DNA from: Orbicella franksi
Taxonomy: Eukaryota
DNA length: 64,000 nucleotides
Reading direction: 5' to 3'
Assembly (NCBI GenBank): GCA_964199315.1
Contig: OZ116712.1
Coordinates: forward strand, 19,220,001 to 19,284,000
Below the pieces are notes generated by a model. That model worked only from the letters and a program-made list of their open reading frames with translations, searched no databases and was not told where the DNA came from. A program made the translations under genes and the position numbers. Shown piece after piece: positions 1 to 11,904 of this stretch (position 1 is its first letter; every line of letters begins with the position of its first letter).

Positions 1-11
1 TACTGGAGTGA
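1..11 (+). CDS. Last codons of an upstream TRIM-NHL paralog (copy 0)
   Basis: TACTGGAGTGA equals the ...ILE* end of copies 1 and 3, and the following ~500 bp match their 3' flanks. Confidence 0.8.
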
Positions 12-716
12 GCACTGTACTTTATGAAAAAAGAGAAACTCCAGGATATTAATTCAAAATTCAAAATTCAAAATTTATTTTAGTTTTCAGTTTGTTTAAT
101 ATGTGGAATTATTTTCTGTGATAAAACGTTAGAGATGCAGTGTTCACCCAATTGCTTGTGGTGTGGCTCTGTATCGGTTGAACTGTTCTATAATTGTTTT
201 GGGGTTAGGTGGGACGGGTGGGTGGGTGACAAAAACAAATTTGTGTGGCTTGCAGTTGGATGGGAATAATACGTACATCTCTTAAGTTGTATTGTATGAA
301 TTATTTTGAAGGACAAGAAAAAACGTTTTTTTTTTGTTTACTTTACCAGTGGTTATATTATATAATAGAGTGACTAGCAAAATAAGAAAGTTATAAAACC
401 ACTTTATGGATTAATTGTTGTAATATGAACCTCCACAATAGGAGAAAAGGCTGTTTAGAGGATTTGCCTTTTCTTAATTTAAAGAAGAAACATTTTGTTT
501 CTCAAATGATTACTATACTCTTTGACATTTAATTATCTTTATGATGTTTTTATAGCAAGTTTGTTTTAGGGATTAGCAGGTTATTGACAGTCAGGTATGT
601 ACTGGAAAATATGTAGTACAATGAACATTGCTTCAATGAACTTACCGAGTTACTAATTGCCTTGAAGTTTGTAGTTTCCTTATACTCAATAGCAGTATTT
701 GTTAGCTGCAGTGCTA

Positions 717-894
717 CAGTTAAACCCCACTTTACGAATGACCGCTTAATACGGACACCTTGAGCCTTATGGAAATTGATTTTAGTTCCTAGCTCCAAGA
801 TTTTCTGTTAGCTTGACCAGCTTAAGACTGACACCTGGATTATAGCAACACTTAGTGTACTTCTGACGGTGTTTGAGAAAACGGAGTTCGACTG
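717..894. mobile_element. Tc1/mariner-type MITE (TA TSD); paralogous copies at 7308-7470, 15414-15580, 25290-25467 and inverted at 33229-33405
   Basis: TIRs CAGTTAAACCCC / GG(A/G)GTTCGACTG flanked by TA on both sides. Confidence 0.7.
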
Positions 895-1346
895 TATCTG
901 TAGGTTAATATATATATTTTTAAAGTTTGTATTTTTAGCTTTAGTTTATTGGAACTTTAAGGTTAGCTGCTTTAATGAAGATACGTTTTGTAGAAAGAGC
1001 TGTTAGCAATGATGAACAGTAGTGAACAGCTTTTTGTATGATATTATTGTTAAATCATCATTTACTCGATGTGAGAAACTGAAATAAAGTGTAAGTTAAG
1101 TGAAGTTGTAATATGCATCCAGTTTTAACTGTTTCTTGAGAAGCGAATTGTTTGGTTTACGTTTGAGAAAAGTTAGCGAGCCAAAGGTGAGAACCTGTAA
1201 CAACAGAACGAGAGCAATATTTCCTCGTTATAAAATAACTGAGATACTACGCGCGCTCTTATTGGTCGATAGGTGTGTTTAGATGAGAGTATGTAAACTG
1301 GGTTGTGACGTTTTAGATTCGCGCTATTTTTGAGAATTCTTTTATA

Positions 1347-1530
1347 AAGCGAAAGAACGCTTTTTCCGTGTTTACATAGCCTTATCTAAACACTCGGGGG
1401 TTAGGAGAATTCTCGAAAGTTACGCAAACCCGAGACGTAGTCGAGGGCTTGCATAACTGTCTCGAATTCTCCGAACCCTCCTCGTGTTAAGATGAGGCTA
1501 TGTAAACACGGAAAAAGTGTTCTATTGCTT
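1347..1530. repeat. Palindromic MITE-like hairpin repeat (second copy ~16035-16218)
   Basis: Long arms ...CTTTTTCCGTGTTTACATAGCC... / ...GGCTATGTAAACACGGAAAAAG.... Confidence 0.7.
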
Positions 1531-2058
1531 AGGTACTGAGCAAACAATTATTCAAACAAAGTTGCTCTTTTACAACTTCGCTTATGAATCTTACAAACAT
1601 GGTTTTCATTTCGGGCCCATGAACTCGAGTAATAACAGGAAGCGACGCACAAAAGCGAGAACACGCGCACGGGTCGCCACACGCCAGGAAACGAAAAGAG
1701 CGCTGCAAACCGAAGGCAATTCATTTCCTTCCCCTCACACCCCTCACACTCGCCCCATATTATTCCTCAAACGCGTGCTATGCAGATAATGATTATTAAC
1801 TGCGTGTATGGTCTGAAGAAGTAAATCTCGAGTATAATCCGCCGCTTTCCTTTGTGCTAGAAGGGTTTTGGTCTTCGTGTAAAGATTGAAAGTCACACAT
1901 GGAGTCTTCCACACAGTACACGTTCCATCTCTGGAAAGCTACTCTGATTCACTGTGGAAGATAAAATTAAGCGTAGCAGGTAAGAACAATGAGGAATAAC
2001 ACAATACAGTTTATAAATGCTAGCTTGCTGATAATTGGTTCTGAATATTGTATTGTTA

Positions 2059-2127
2059 CCGCCGCCTGGTTAGCTCAATTGGGAGAGCGCCGGACTGCTG
2101 TGCGGGAGGTCGAAGGTTCGAGCCCCA

Positions 2128-2167
<40 letters not shown>

Positions 2168-2513
2168 TGTGCTGCCTTTGTAATTACATCCACAAATGGT
2201 TAAACATTCAAGTCTTCTCGGATAAGGACGATAAACCGTAGGCCCCGTCTCACAGCACTACACTGATCTGGTTCTTGTGGGACGTTAAAGAACGCATGAC
2301 ACTGTTCGAAAAGAGTAGGGGACGTAGAACCCGATGTCATGGTCTATCTGACTTGTGCCGGTCATTGGTCTGGGGTGGGTAAGGTGAGATCATACATGGA
2401 CTGAAGTGGCTGCAAAGTGCGCCTTCATATACTGACGTCCGATCTCACCTCTCTGGTTCCTCCGCAATTCAGCCTCTTGCTGCAAGGGAGGAAATTGGCA
2501 CCAACTATCTATC
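2059..2513 (+). mobile_element. tRNA-derived SINE with Nin/Deu central domain
   Basis: Pol III A box TAGCTCAATTGG and B box GGTTCGAGCC; core TAAACCGTAGG...GGGACGTTAAAGAAC...TTCGAAAAGAGTAGGGG; CTAT tail; TGTTA duplicated at 2054-2058 and 2514-2518; empty site at ~20132. Confidence 0.8.
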
Positions 2514-4361
2514 TGTTAAAGCGACGTGTGTTAAATTGTGTTTGTGTTGTTAAAGCGACGTGGTCTTCTTTTGTCATGTATAAGAACTTTCGTCTTCTAA
2601 AAAGTTTTCGATTTCTGTCAAGGCTGAATTGATGATTAAAGAATGAATATCGTTTCATCTGATCAGAACCGTACGAGGAGCCATGTCTGTTTCGGTTTTT
2701 TTGTCTTGTCTTCAGTGTTTCAATCAGAATGTATACAGGTTGACATTTCCCTTGCTTTCCCGCGAAAAAATAGAATCGCTTGAACAGTGACGTATGACGG
2801 CGCTAGTGTCCCTGCTTTAGTAAGGTATTGTTGGGACGCCCCTAAGGTGTGTGTATGATATACAGCGCTCTCGTTTGAACGCCTTCGAATGAAGGATTAA
2901 TAAAGCTAACCGGATCGTTTGATGCGAGGCTGCTTAATTTAACGTGACATGAGTTAACGTTCTTACTAATTGTCATGGGAGAGTATCTGTCTTCTCCTCA
3001 TAGCAACAAGACAGAAAAAAGGTTGAACGTATCTAGATAATTGCTAGTAGGAGGCAATGAGAAACACTACATTGAAAACATTTGTTCCTTCCTCAATCTT
3101 TAATTAAAAATTCTTCACTGCTGATGAGTTGACCGGTACACAAGATCCTTGTCAGACCAAAAAACGCTTTTCTTTCCACCAATAGAATAACTACACGTCT
3201 CATGTATATAAGCATGAGGCAGCAGACGGCCAGGGGGGTTACGGGAGTCCCATACAAAAATGTCGGGTATGCTCGTCGAAAAATTTGAATAAAAGTTCTA
3301 GAGGAGACCACTCTGGGCGTAACTCCAGCTCTATTTTCAATCCCGACAAAATACCAATTAAAACGAAAATGACAGCGTTAACGTCTTCAGGGTCTTCAAA
3401 TGTACACTTAGACAGCTAAAACTAGTAGCGTTTTATTCCTGAACACTCTATAAGTAAGACCAGAATCATTGATTTACAGCCGGCCCTTAGCGAGACGACA
3501 GCGTCCATCCCCGACTATTTCATTTGGTCGCCTCCTCTCAAGTAGTGAGCTAAATTCCAGATTAAACAGTTCCGGAATAAGCAGTGGGCAGTCACTTTTC
3601 CAAAAATTGATGGGCAAGCACCCCCTGACATTTTACTGTTGTAGCACCTCTCCTCACACAGAAACTGTTAGAACAAAATAAGAAAATGAGCGGGGGGGGG
3701 GGGAGTAACCTGTGTTGGATTAGCATCCAATCCGGGGGAGCCGCAATGCTCTTGACTCCTTTATGCCATGCAAGTCAGGATAAGCTTAAGATTTTAGAAA
3801 ATAGATAACTGATGCCATTGCCATATATGAAAATTACAGTCCATAATGACATAGGTAGTTTTGATCATAACAGACTGCCAAGAAGCATTTTTCCTCTCGT
3901 GAGAGATCGACCCGCGGCCCGCGAACCAGCTCACGAGGGACGCGTGACTCGCAGATAACCGCAAGTCTTCGCGCGTCAGTAGAGATTGTAAGTTCAAACC
4001 ATTGCTTGAAGTTCTGTCTGACCAACAAACCATAACAAAATCAGCTGTCCATCGTTTGCGCGTGAACAAAACAAATGAAGTCTATTCAGGCAGAAAGGAA
4101 TTCAAATACAGACTCCAAAGAATTTCTCTTGTTCTGATCAGTGTTTTAGTGACATATCTGATCAACGAGCTTAAACGGAGTGCCTCGGGGTCACATTCAT
4201 AGGAATCAGTATCCAAGACAAAATGACAAAGGCTCTTTAAAGCAACGTTCCATGATTGGTTTGAACAAGCGAAAAGATTAGCATGACAAACAGCCAGACT
4301 TCATTGTTTCGAGTTGAGTTCCGCGAAAACCTTGCTTTACTCGCTTGTTGCTGAACACGAC

Positions 4362-6605
4362 ATGGATATCAAAACGTTGCTCCATAATCTCCGTGAAGAA
4401 GTGTCTTGCTCGGTGTGTTCCGACATATTTACCGATCCAAAACACCTGCCATGTTTACACAGTTTCTGTCTGCACTGCTTGAAACAATGGCATAGGACGA
4501 GTCATGGCTGCGACACCATCAGATGCCCGAATTGTCAAGCCGTTAGCAGAGTACCTGAAAGTGGGGATCTGAAAGATCTTCCAAGCAGTTTTTATCTGAA
4601 TGGCTTGATTGATGTGCTGGCAATCAAAGAGTGCAGAAATAGTCAAGTAAGATGTGGGAACTGCGAGAAGAAAAGCTCTGCCACTTCTTATTGTTTCCGG
4701 TGTTGCATATTTCACTGTCAAGAGTGCGTAACTGCACACAACATAATGCGAAGCAATAAAGATCATCGTGTTCTGGCGCTGAAAGACTTTGAAGACAAGG
4801 ACTATGAGGATGTGCTAAAGCGACCTGTGTTCTGTACAAAGCAACGGAACGAGAAAGAAGAGCTAAAGTACTTTTGTAAGTGTGAAATGGCGGTCTGCCA
4901 AACTTGTGTCACTCTAAGCCACAGTGGTCATGCTTTGGAGCACATAGAAGACGAAACTGAAAGACAAAAGATTGAAATGAAATCAATGATTGAAACACAG
5001 AAGCGTAATTTACAAGCAAAGCTGACTGCTGTTAGTAAACTTGATGAAGACTACGCGAAGATCATACAACGAGGCGAAGAGGTGAAGAGGGACGTTCAGA
5101 GGACTGTTGACAATTTAATTGTCAATATTGAAGCGAAGAAACAGACTATTTTTGCAGCGGTGGAAGACCAAACAAAGAAATCACTGGAAAGTCTAACAAC
5201 CCAGAAGACCGAGATCGAGAATCAAATAGAGGTGATCAAATCAACGTTGGATAAAGCTGATAAAGTTTTGACACGAAGTGCAAACGCTGAAGTCGTTCAA
5301 GTGAAAAAGTCATTACAAACAATCTTGGAGGGAGTTGATCAAACTACTAAGCCAACTGAGCGTGACCTGAAAGATCCTCCGACGTTGGTTTTCGTGCCAA
5401 ATCTAAAGATGTTGAAGACTGTAAGCACCGAAGAAATTGGAACACTGAAAATAGTGCAGCAAACTGAAGCTAGTCAATCTGTCGCTGAGGGCAAAGGACT
5501 CCAAGAAGGAACTGTTGGAGTTGAAGCACAGTTTGTTCTGACCACTAGAAACGCAGAGGGAGAGCAGTGTTACAATAAACATGACCGTGTAACGGTAGAG
5601 ATGAGGGACGAACAAGGACGAGAATGCGCGACGGAAGTGCGAATAAATGACAATAAAGATGGAAGCTACAAAATCAGCTATTCACCCAAAGATCAAGGCA
5701 AATACAAAGTGACAGTAAAGGTAAACGGAGGACACGTTCTTGATAGTCCTTTTTCCATTGATGTGAAATTATTTCAGTTAAAACCTGCTTTTTCTTTTGG
5801 AAAAGAAGGTTCGTCTGTCGGAATGTTTAAGTATCCCTTTGGGGTGGCAGTGAATGCCAGGGACGAGATAGCTGTAACTGATTGTGGGAACTACAGAGTT
5901 CAAATCTTCAAGAGTGATGGAAAATACTTAAGATCGTTTGGTCGGGAAGGTAACAAAGTGGGCGAATTTAAGTATCCTTTGGGAATAACGTTTCATACAA
6001 ATGGAAATATTTTCGTAGCAGACAGGGATAACCATAGTATCCAGATTTTCAGTGGGGAGGGTGAGTACGTGGGTATGTTTGGTGGGAAAGGAATCCTTGA
6101 TAGTCAGCTCTCTTATCCTTGGGGTTTATCTGTAGACAGTAATGGAAACATCATTGTTGCTGATGTAGGTAACATCATGATTAAGATCTTTTCTCCTGAA
6201 GGCAAGTTTCTAACAAAGATAGGTGGGCAGGGCTCTTTTACTTGTCCTATCCACTGTGTTCAGTGTGATAGATATCTCATAGTGTCAGACTACAGTAAAC
6301 ACTGTATAAAGGTTTTTAATTGTAATGGAGACTTTCAGTACAAGTTTGGAAAACAGGGTAGCGGGGACGGGGAGTTTAATTATCCCCATTGTTTGTCAGT
6401 GACCAAGTCAGGACACCTGATGGTCTGTGATTCAGGTAATAATAGAATACAAGTATTTGAACTCAGTGGAAAGTTTGTTGGCAAGTTTGGAAGAAAGAGT
6501 AGTAATTTAGGAGAATTCAATTTCCCATCGTCTGTAGCAGTTCTCAGTAATGGCCGAATTGTTGTGTCTGACAAGAATAACCATCGCATCCAGATACTGG
6601 AGTGA
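4362..6605 (+). CDS. TRIM-NHL protein (TRIM2/3/71-like E3 ligase), copy 1, intronless, 747 aa
   Basis: C3HC4 RING (CSVC...PCLHSFCLHC...CPNC), B-box1, degenerate B-box2, coiled coil, filamin repeat (DNKDGSYKISYSP), six NHL repeats (FxxPxGVAV...DxxNHRIQ). Start set at the ATG (MDIK) shared by all copies, not the TTG at 4314. Confidence 0.93.
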   Translation: MDIKTLLHNLREEVSCSVCSDIFTDPKHLPCLHSFCLHCLKQWHRTSHGCDTIRCPNCQAVSRVPESGDLKDLPSSFYLNGLIDVLAIKECRNSQVRCGNCEKKSSATSYCFRCCIFHCQECVTAHNIMRSNKDHRVLALKDFEDKDYEDVLKRPVFCTKQRNEKEELKYFCKCEMAVCQTCVTLSHSGHALEHIEDETERQKIEMKSMIETQKRNLQAKLTAVSKLDEDYAKIIQRGEEVKRDVQRTVDNLIVNIEAKKQTIFAAVEDQTKKSLESLTTQKTEIENQIEVIKSTLDKADKVLTRSANAEVVQVKKSLQTILEGVDQTTKPTERDLKDPPTLVFVPNLKMLKTVSTEEIGTLKIVQQTEASQSVAEGKGLQEGTVGVEAQFVLTTRNAEGEQCYNKHDRVTVEMRDEQGRECATEVRINDNKDGSYKISYSPKDQGKYKVTVKVNGGHVLDSPFSIDVKLFQLKPAFSFGKEGSSVGMFKYPFGVAVNARDEIAVTDCGNYRVQIFKSDGKYLRSFGREGNKVGEFKYPLGITFHTNGNIFVADRDNHSIQIFSGEGEYVGMFGGKGILDSQLSYPWGLSVDSNGNIIVADVGNIMIKIFSPEGKFLTKIGGQGSFTCPIHCVQCDRYLIVSDYSKHCIKVFNCNGDFQYKFGKQGSGDGEFNYPHCLSVTKSGHLMVCDSGNNRIQVFELSGKFVGKFGRKSSNLGEFNFPSSVAVLSNGRIVVSDKNNHRIQILE

Positions 6606-9600
6606 GCACTGTACTTTATGAAAAAAGAGAAACTCTAGGACATTAATTCAAAATTCAAAATTTATTTTAGTTTTCAGTTTGTTTAATATGTGGAATTATT
6701 TTCTGTGATAAAACGTTAGAGATGCAGTGTTCACCCAATTGCTTGTGGTGTGGCTCTGTATCGGTTGAACTGTTCTATAATTGTTTTGGGGTTAGGTGGG
6801 ACGGGTGGGTGGGTGACAAAAACAAATTTGTGTGGCTTGCAGTTGGATGGGAATAATACGTACATCTCTTAAGTTGTATTGTATGAATTATTTTGAAGGA
6901 CAAGAAAAAACGTTTTTTTTTTGTTTACTTTACCAGTGGTTATATTATATAATAGAGTGACTAGCAAAATAAGAAAGTTATAAAACCACTTTATGGATTA
7001 ATTGTTGTAATAAGAACCTCCACTATAGGAGAAAAGGCTGTTTAGGGGATTTGCCTTTTCTTAATTTAAAGAAGAAACATTTTGTTTCTCAAATTATTAC
7101 TATACTCTTTGACATTTAATTGTCGTTATGATGTTTTTATAGCAAGTTTGTTTTAGGGATTAGCAGGTTATTGACAGTCAGGTATATACTGGAAAATATG
7201 TAGTACAAAGAACATTGCTTCAATGAATTTATCAAGTTACTAATTGCCTTGACGTTTGTATTTTCCTTATACTCAATAGCAGACGGTATTTGTTAGCTGC
7301 AGTGCTACAGTTAAACCCCACTTTACGAATGACCGCTTAATACGGACACCTTGAGCCTTAGTTCCTAGCTCCAAGATTTTCTGTTAGCTTGACCAGCTTA
7401 AGACAGACACCTGGATTATAGCAACACTTAGTGTACTTCTGACGGTGTTTGAGAAAACGGGGTTCGACTGTATCTGTAGGTTAAAATATATGTTTTTAAA
7501 GTGTGTATTTTTAGCTTTAGTTTATTGGAACTTTAAAGTTAACTGCTTTAATGATGAAACGTTTTGTAGAAAGAGCTGTTTGCAATGATTAAGAGCAGTA
7601 AATAGCTTGATATGAAATAATTGTAAAATCATCATTTTCTTTGATAATGTAAATAAACAAAGTGTGAGTTCAAGAAAGTTGCTCTTTGCTTTGAGTTTAC
7701 TTTTTAGTTTCTTGTGTGAAAAAAGAAATTGCTAGAGATCGTAAAGAGAGGTTCATAAATTCTCCAGTACAATGGGCCGAATAAGCCTGTTTAATAAGGT
7801 TTTATCGTATTTAACTCTGTTCTTTTGTGACTACGTTATAAATTGAAAAAACTTGAGTTTGTTTTGGAGCTATGAAAACGAAATACATGATAAGTTACGA
7901 GGTCATTTGATACATGACTACGTTTCAGCTTCCTGTTAACACGAACCGTGGTCGAACAATAACTTTACCTCTTTGACTGTGTTGAGATACAGAAGAAACA
8001 CTTCAAAGCAGTTACGTTAACCTTCCCCTCCCTACAAATCTCTTGCACGCTACTCTTGGCGGGTCGGCAAGGCGAGCGAGCACTAGTTTCATATTCTGCA
8101 GGGTTTCTTTTTTTCTGGTAGCGCTAAATTCATTGCGTGGAGAACTGGACTCGAGAAAGGAAATCAATGGCAATAGGTTAGATAAACTAGCGCCGTTCTT
8201 AAAGCGTTTTATGTTTCTTTCTCCGTACCTCGGTTGTGTGCTCCGCCAAGGTTTGTTTTTGGAAGCAATGCTACAATGCCTTTCGTTGTCACGATACTGT
8301 CCCACAGGAAGTTAACGCCGAAGAGCCATTTAGGGAAAGGCTAGATACAACAAGCAAGCACCGAGGAAGCGTATGATACTTGTCCAAACGAAAGAGCAAT
8401 CTGACGGATTTTTCAGTAGAAGCCAACTTAAAACCAAATATTGAAAAAAGAACCCCTGGGAGTCACGCTTCAGTTTAAGTTTGTAGTTTCTAGAGCAAAG
8501 AAATATATTTTTAAGTTTTCTTTCTTGCCACGAACAATCAATGAATAGAACTCTCTTCCTGAGGATATTGTCCCGGAATGCATTGTCCGTAGATAGTTTT
8601 AAATCAAAGTGAGTTTTTAATATTCGAATGTATTAGTTTTATTTGGATTTTTTTAATTTTTTGGATATTTTATTATATTATTTTTATTTAGAGAGTTTTA
8701 TTTTTATTTTTTTTTATTTTTTTAATATCCCAGTGTATTATTTTTATTTAGATTTTTAAAGCTGGTGTGATATCTCAAGCATTTTACCAAATTAACTAAG
8801 TAGAGATATAGATGTAAAGTGCGTTCCTCAGCTTTCGGCTTCTCTGTCTTCTCTTCAGTGTTTCAATCAGAATGTATACAAGTAAACATTTCCCTTGTTT
8901 TACCGCCAAAGAATAGAATCGCTTGAACAGTGACGTATGACGGCGCTAGTGTCCCTGCTCTAGTATGGTATTGTTGGGACGCCCCTAAGTTGTGTGTATG
9001 ATATACAGCGCGCTCGTTTGTAAAGCCTTGGAATGAAGGATTATTAAAGCTGACCGGATCGTTTGACTGCTTGGGAGTTTTTCGCGAAATAAGTTTACTT
9101 TCTCACTAAATATCCTGGGAAAGTATTTGTCTTCTCCTCATAGCCACAAGACTGAAAAAAAAGGGTTGAACGTATCTAGATAATTGCTAGAAGGAGGAAA
9201 TGAGAAACACTCCATTGAAATCATTTAATTTGTTTTTTTCTCAATCTTTAACTGAAAAGTTCTTTACTGTTGATGAGTTGACCGATACACAAGATCCTTG
9301 TCAGACCAAAAAACGCTTTTCATTCCTCCAATAGAATAACTACACGTCACATGTATATAACCATGAGGCACTGACGGTTACCGAGCCCCGAGTTAGGGGG
9401 GAGGGGTAGAGGGGAGGCCCATACGAAAAGGTCGGGGATGCTCGTCGGAAAATTTAAATTAAAGTCCAAGAGGAGATCAATCTGGGTGAAACTCTAACTT
9501 TATTGTCAGTCCCTACAAGATACCACTTAAAACGAAAGTGACAGCGTTGACGTCTTGAGGGTCTTCAAGTGCACACTTAGAAAGCTAAAAATAGCTCACT

Positions 9601-9976
9601 ATTTCAGTGAGGTCAGCTGTTACAAACCACAACAGCTCTTAATTCAAACTTGCCACTGATTTTCAACGTCCAAAGAAAACGATTGATATCAAATTTCTCC
9701 TGACTGAGCCGCAGTATTTCTTTAAATATTTTTGAGAGAATTTGGGTTTTGGTCAAACCTTTTGAACTGTGATGATTGGGTCTAGTATTTCCATAACGTG
9801 TCTTCTTACATTAAGGAGAAATTAGGCTTTTATCACAGGCGCAGATGAAACGGAAAGATTTTAGAAGATGGATAAGATGCCATTGCCACATAAAAATTAC
9901 AGTCCATAGTGACATAAGTACTTTTGATCATAACAGACTGCCAAGAAGCATTTTTCCTGTCGTGAAACATCGACGC

Positions 9977-11870
9977 CTTATGCCCAACCCTCCTCTTTTA
10001 CCCGGGCTTGGGATCGGCTGGATGTACCCAGATTAGACTGGATATACCCAGGCACAGTCAAAAAAAAAAAATTACCAAACTAGACAAGAGAAAACTTGTA
10101 GAGAGACTCGCGGTTGAGGCAGAAGAGGCTGCTGGTAGACAAGATCTGAAGACCCTATATAGAATTAACAAAATGTTAAATAATGGTTTTAAAAACAACG
10201 ATGTCCCTGTAAAAGACACAGATGGTAATGTTTTTTCGAAAGAAGCAGAAAAGCTGGCATGCTGGAAGGAACATTTTGAAAGCATTCTAAATAGGCCAGA
10301 ACCTGAACAGGTAGCTGAGATTCCACCGGCAGTAGAGGACTTGGATATCTGCATAGATCCACCTACCATGGAAGAGGTGAAAGCTGCCATCAAAGTGATG
10401 AAGAGCGGGAAGGCAGGTGGAGCAGATGGAGTGACTGCAGAAATGCTCAAGGTTGAAGAAACTGAAACACCAGGCCTTTTGACGTGCATATTCAGAGAGA
10501 TATGGGAGAGCGAGACGATTCCTGAAGCGTGGAAGACCGTACTCTTTGTCAAATTACCCAAAAAGGGTGATTTGGGTGACTGCAACAACTGGAGAGGTGT
10601 CACTCTACTCCCCATTACCAGCAAGGTCTTCAGCAAGATCATCCATACAAGACTGGCTGAAACACTGGATGAGTACATCAGGCAGGAACAGGCAGGTTTC
10701 CGCCCTGGACGCTCGTGCTCTGACCACATTTTCACCCTAAGGCAAATTCTAGAGCAGAGGAAAGAATGGAATGCTCCCCTGTATGCCAACTTTATTGACT
10801 TTGAGAAGGCGTTTGACGGCATTTACCGAGATTCCCTATGGAAGATATTAAGGCACTACGGGATTCCATCAAAGCTGGTAAATGTCATCAACATGCTTTG
10901 CAGTGACTTCAAGTCCCAGGTTATTTGCAACGCAGCGCTTACAGACGCCTTCAGCGTGACCACGGGTGTGAAAAAAGGGTGTATTTTCTCCCCCTTTCTA
11001 TTATTCTTGGGGATCGACTGGGTTTTGAAACAAGTGACTAGTGGTGGAAGGAGAGGGATTAGATGGACATTGACCAGTGTCTTGGAATACCTTGATTATG
11101 CAGATGATATTGCGCTGCTCGCCCATCGACACCAGGACATGGAGGCAAAGACCAATGCAACTACAGCAGGGAAATTAGGCCTGAAGATCACCATTAAGAA
11201 GACAAGGCATTTGAGGATGAGTGGCAGGACCAATGAATCCATCATGGTGTATGGGGAAGTGGTAGAAGAGGTTGATCACTTTACCTACCTGGGATCTAAG
11301 GTGTCCACCAGCGGAGATGGAGAAGAAGAGATCCTAGTCCGGATTTCAAAGGCAAGCCAGGCCTTTGCCTCGCTTCGAGGCACTTGGAGATCCAAGAACA
11401 TCAGCCAGAACACAAAGATCCGATTTTTCAAAAGCAATGTCTTAAGCATTCTACTTTATGGCGCAGAATCCTGGAAGATGACCAAAACCATCAGCCACAA
11501 GCTAGAAGTCTTCCAGAACAAGAGCCTTCGCACGATTCTCCGTATATACTGGCCCCAGACAATCTCAAACTGTGAGTTGCGCAGAAGAACAGGAACAGAA
11601 CCAATCAAACAACAAGTCCGGCGAAAGAGATTGAAATGGATTGGTCATGTGCTGCGCATGCCACCACCAGCACTACCACGAGTTGCCCTCAGGTGGACCC
11701 CTGATGGCCGTAGAAAGAGAGACAGACCGAAAGAAACATGGGGGAGGACAGTGGAGAAAGAGATGAAGGAGAACAGCTGGACATGGGGTCACCTGGAACG
11801 ACGAGCACCCGACAGAGGCCAATGGCGCACTTTGGCCGAGGCCTTATGTGTTTCAAAACACGAAGAGGAT

Positions 11871-11904
<34 letters not shown>

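Noticed and set aside
1517-1789. Arg-rich 90-aa ORF (also 16250-16477)
   Set aside because: Non-ATG start, no domain, and not preserved at ~33850-34080.
2059-2135. tRNA gene
   Set aside because: The A and B boxes are present, but it continues into a SINE body and tail with a TSD, and I could not fold a proper acceptor stem.
4314-4361. TTG-initiated N-terminal extensions from the ORF track (also 22293)
   Set aside because: Artefact of prokaryotic start rules; the shared ATG in good context (GACATGG) is preferred.
4455-6589. Short minus-strand ORFs recurring inside each TRIM copy
   Set aside because: Antisense shadows that recur only because the sense genes are paralogous.
8012-8315. Overlapping 97/90-aa ORFs 'conserved' at 26009-26312
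   Set aside because: Conservation is explained by recent duplication, and the older paralog at ~19130-19450 does not keep the frames.
8620-8760. AT-rich tract (also ~26620-26755)
   Set aside because: Low complexity with no periodic structure or function evident.
10058-10822. 254-aa minus-strand ORF (and 28191-28796)
   Set aside because: Antisense shadow of the RTE RT frame with no recognisable motifs.
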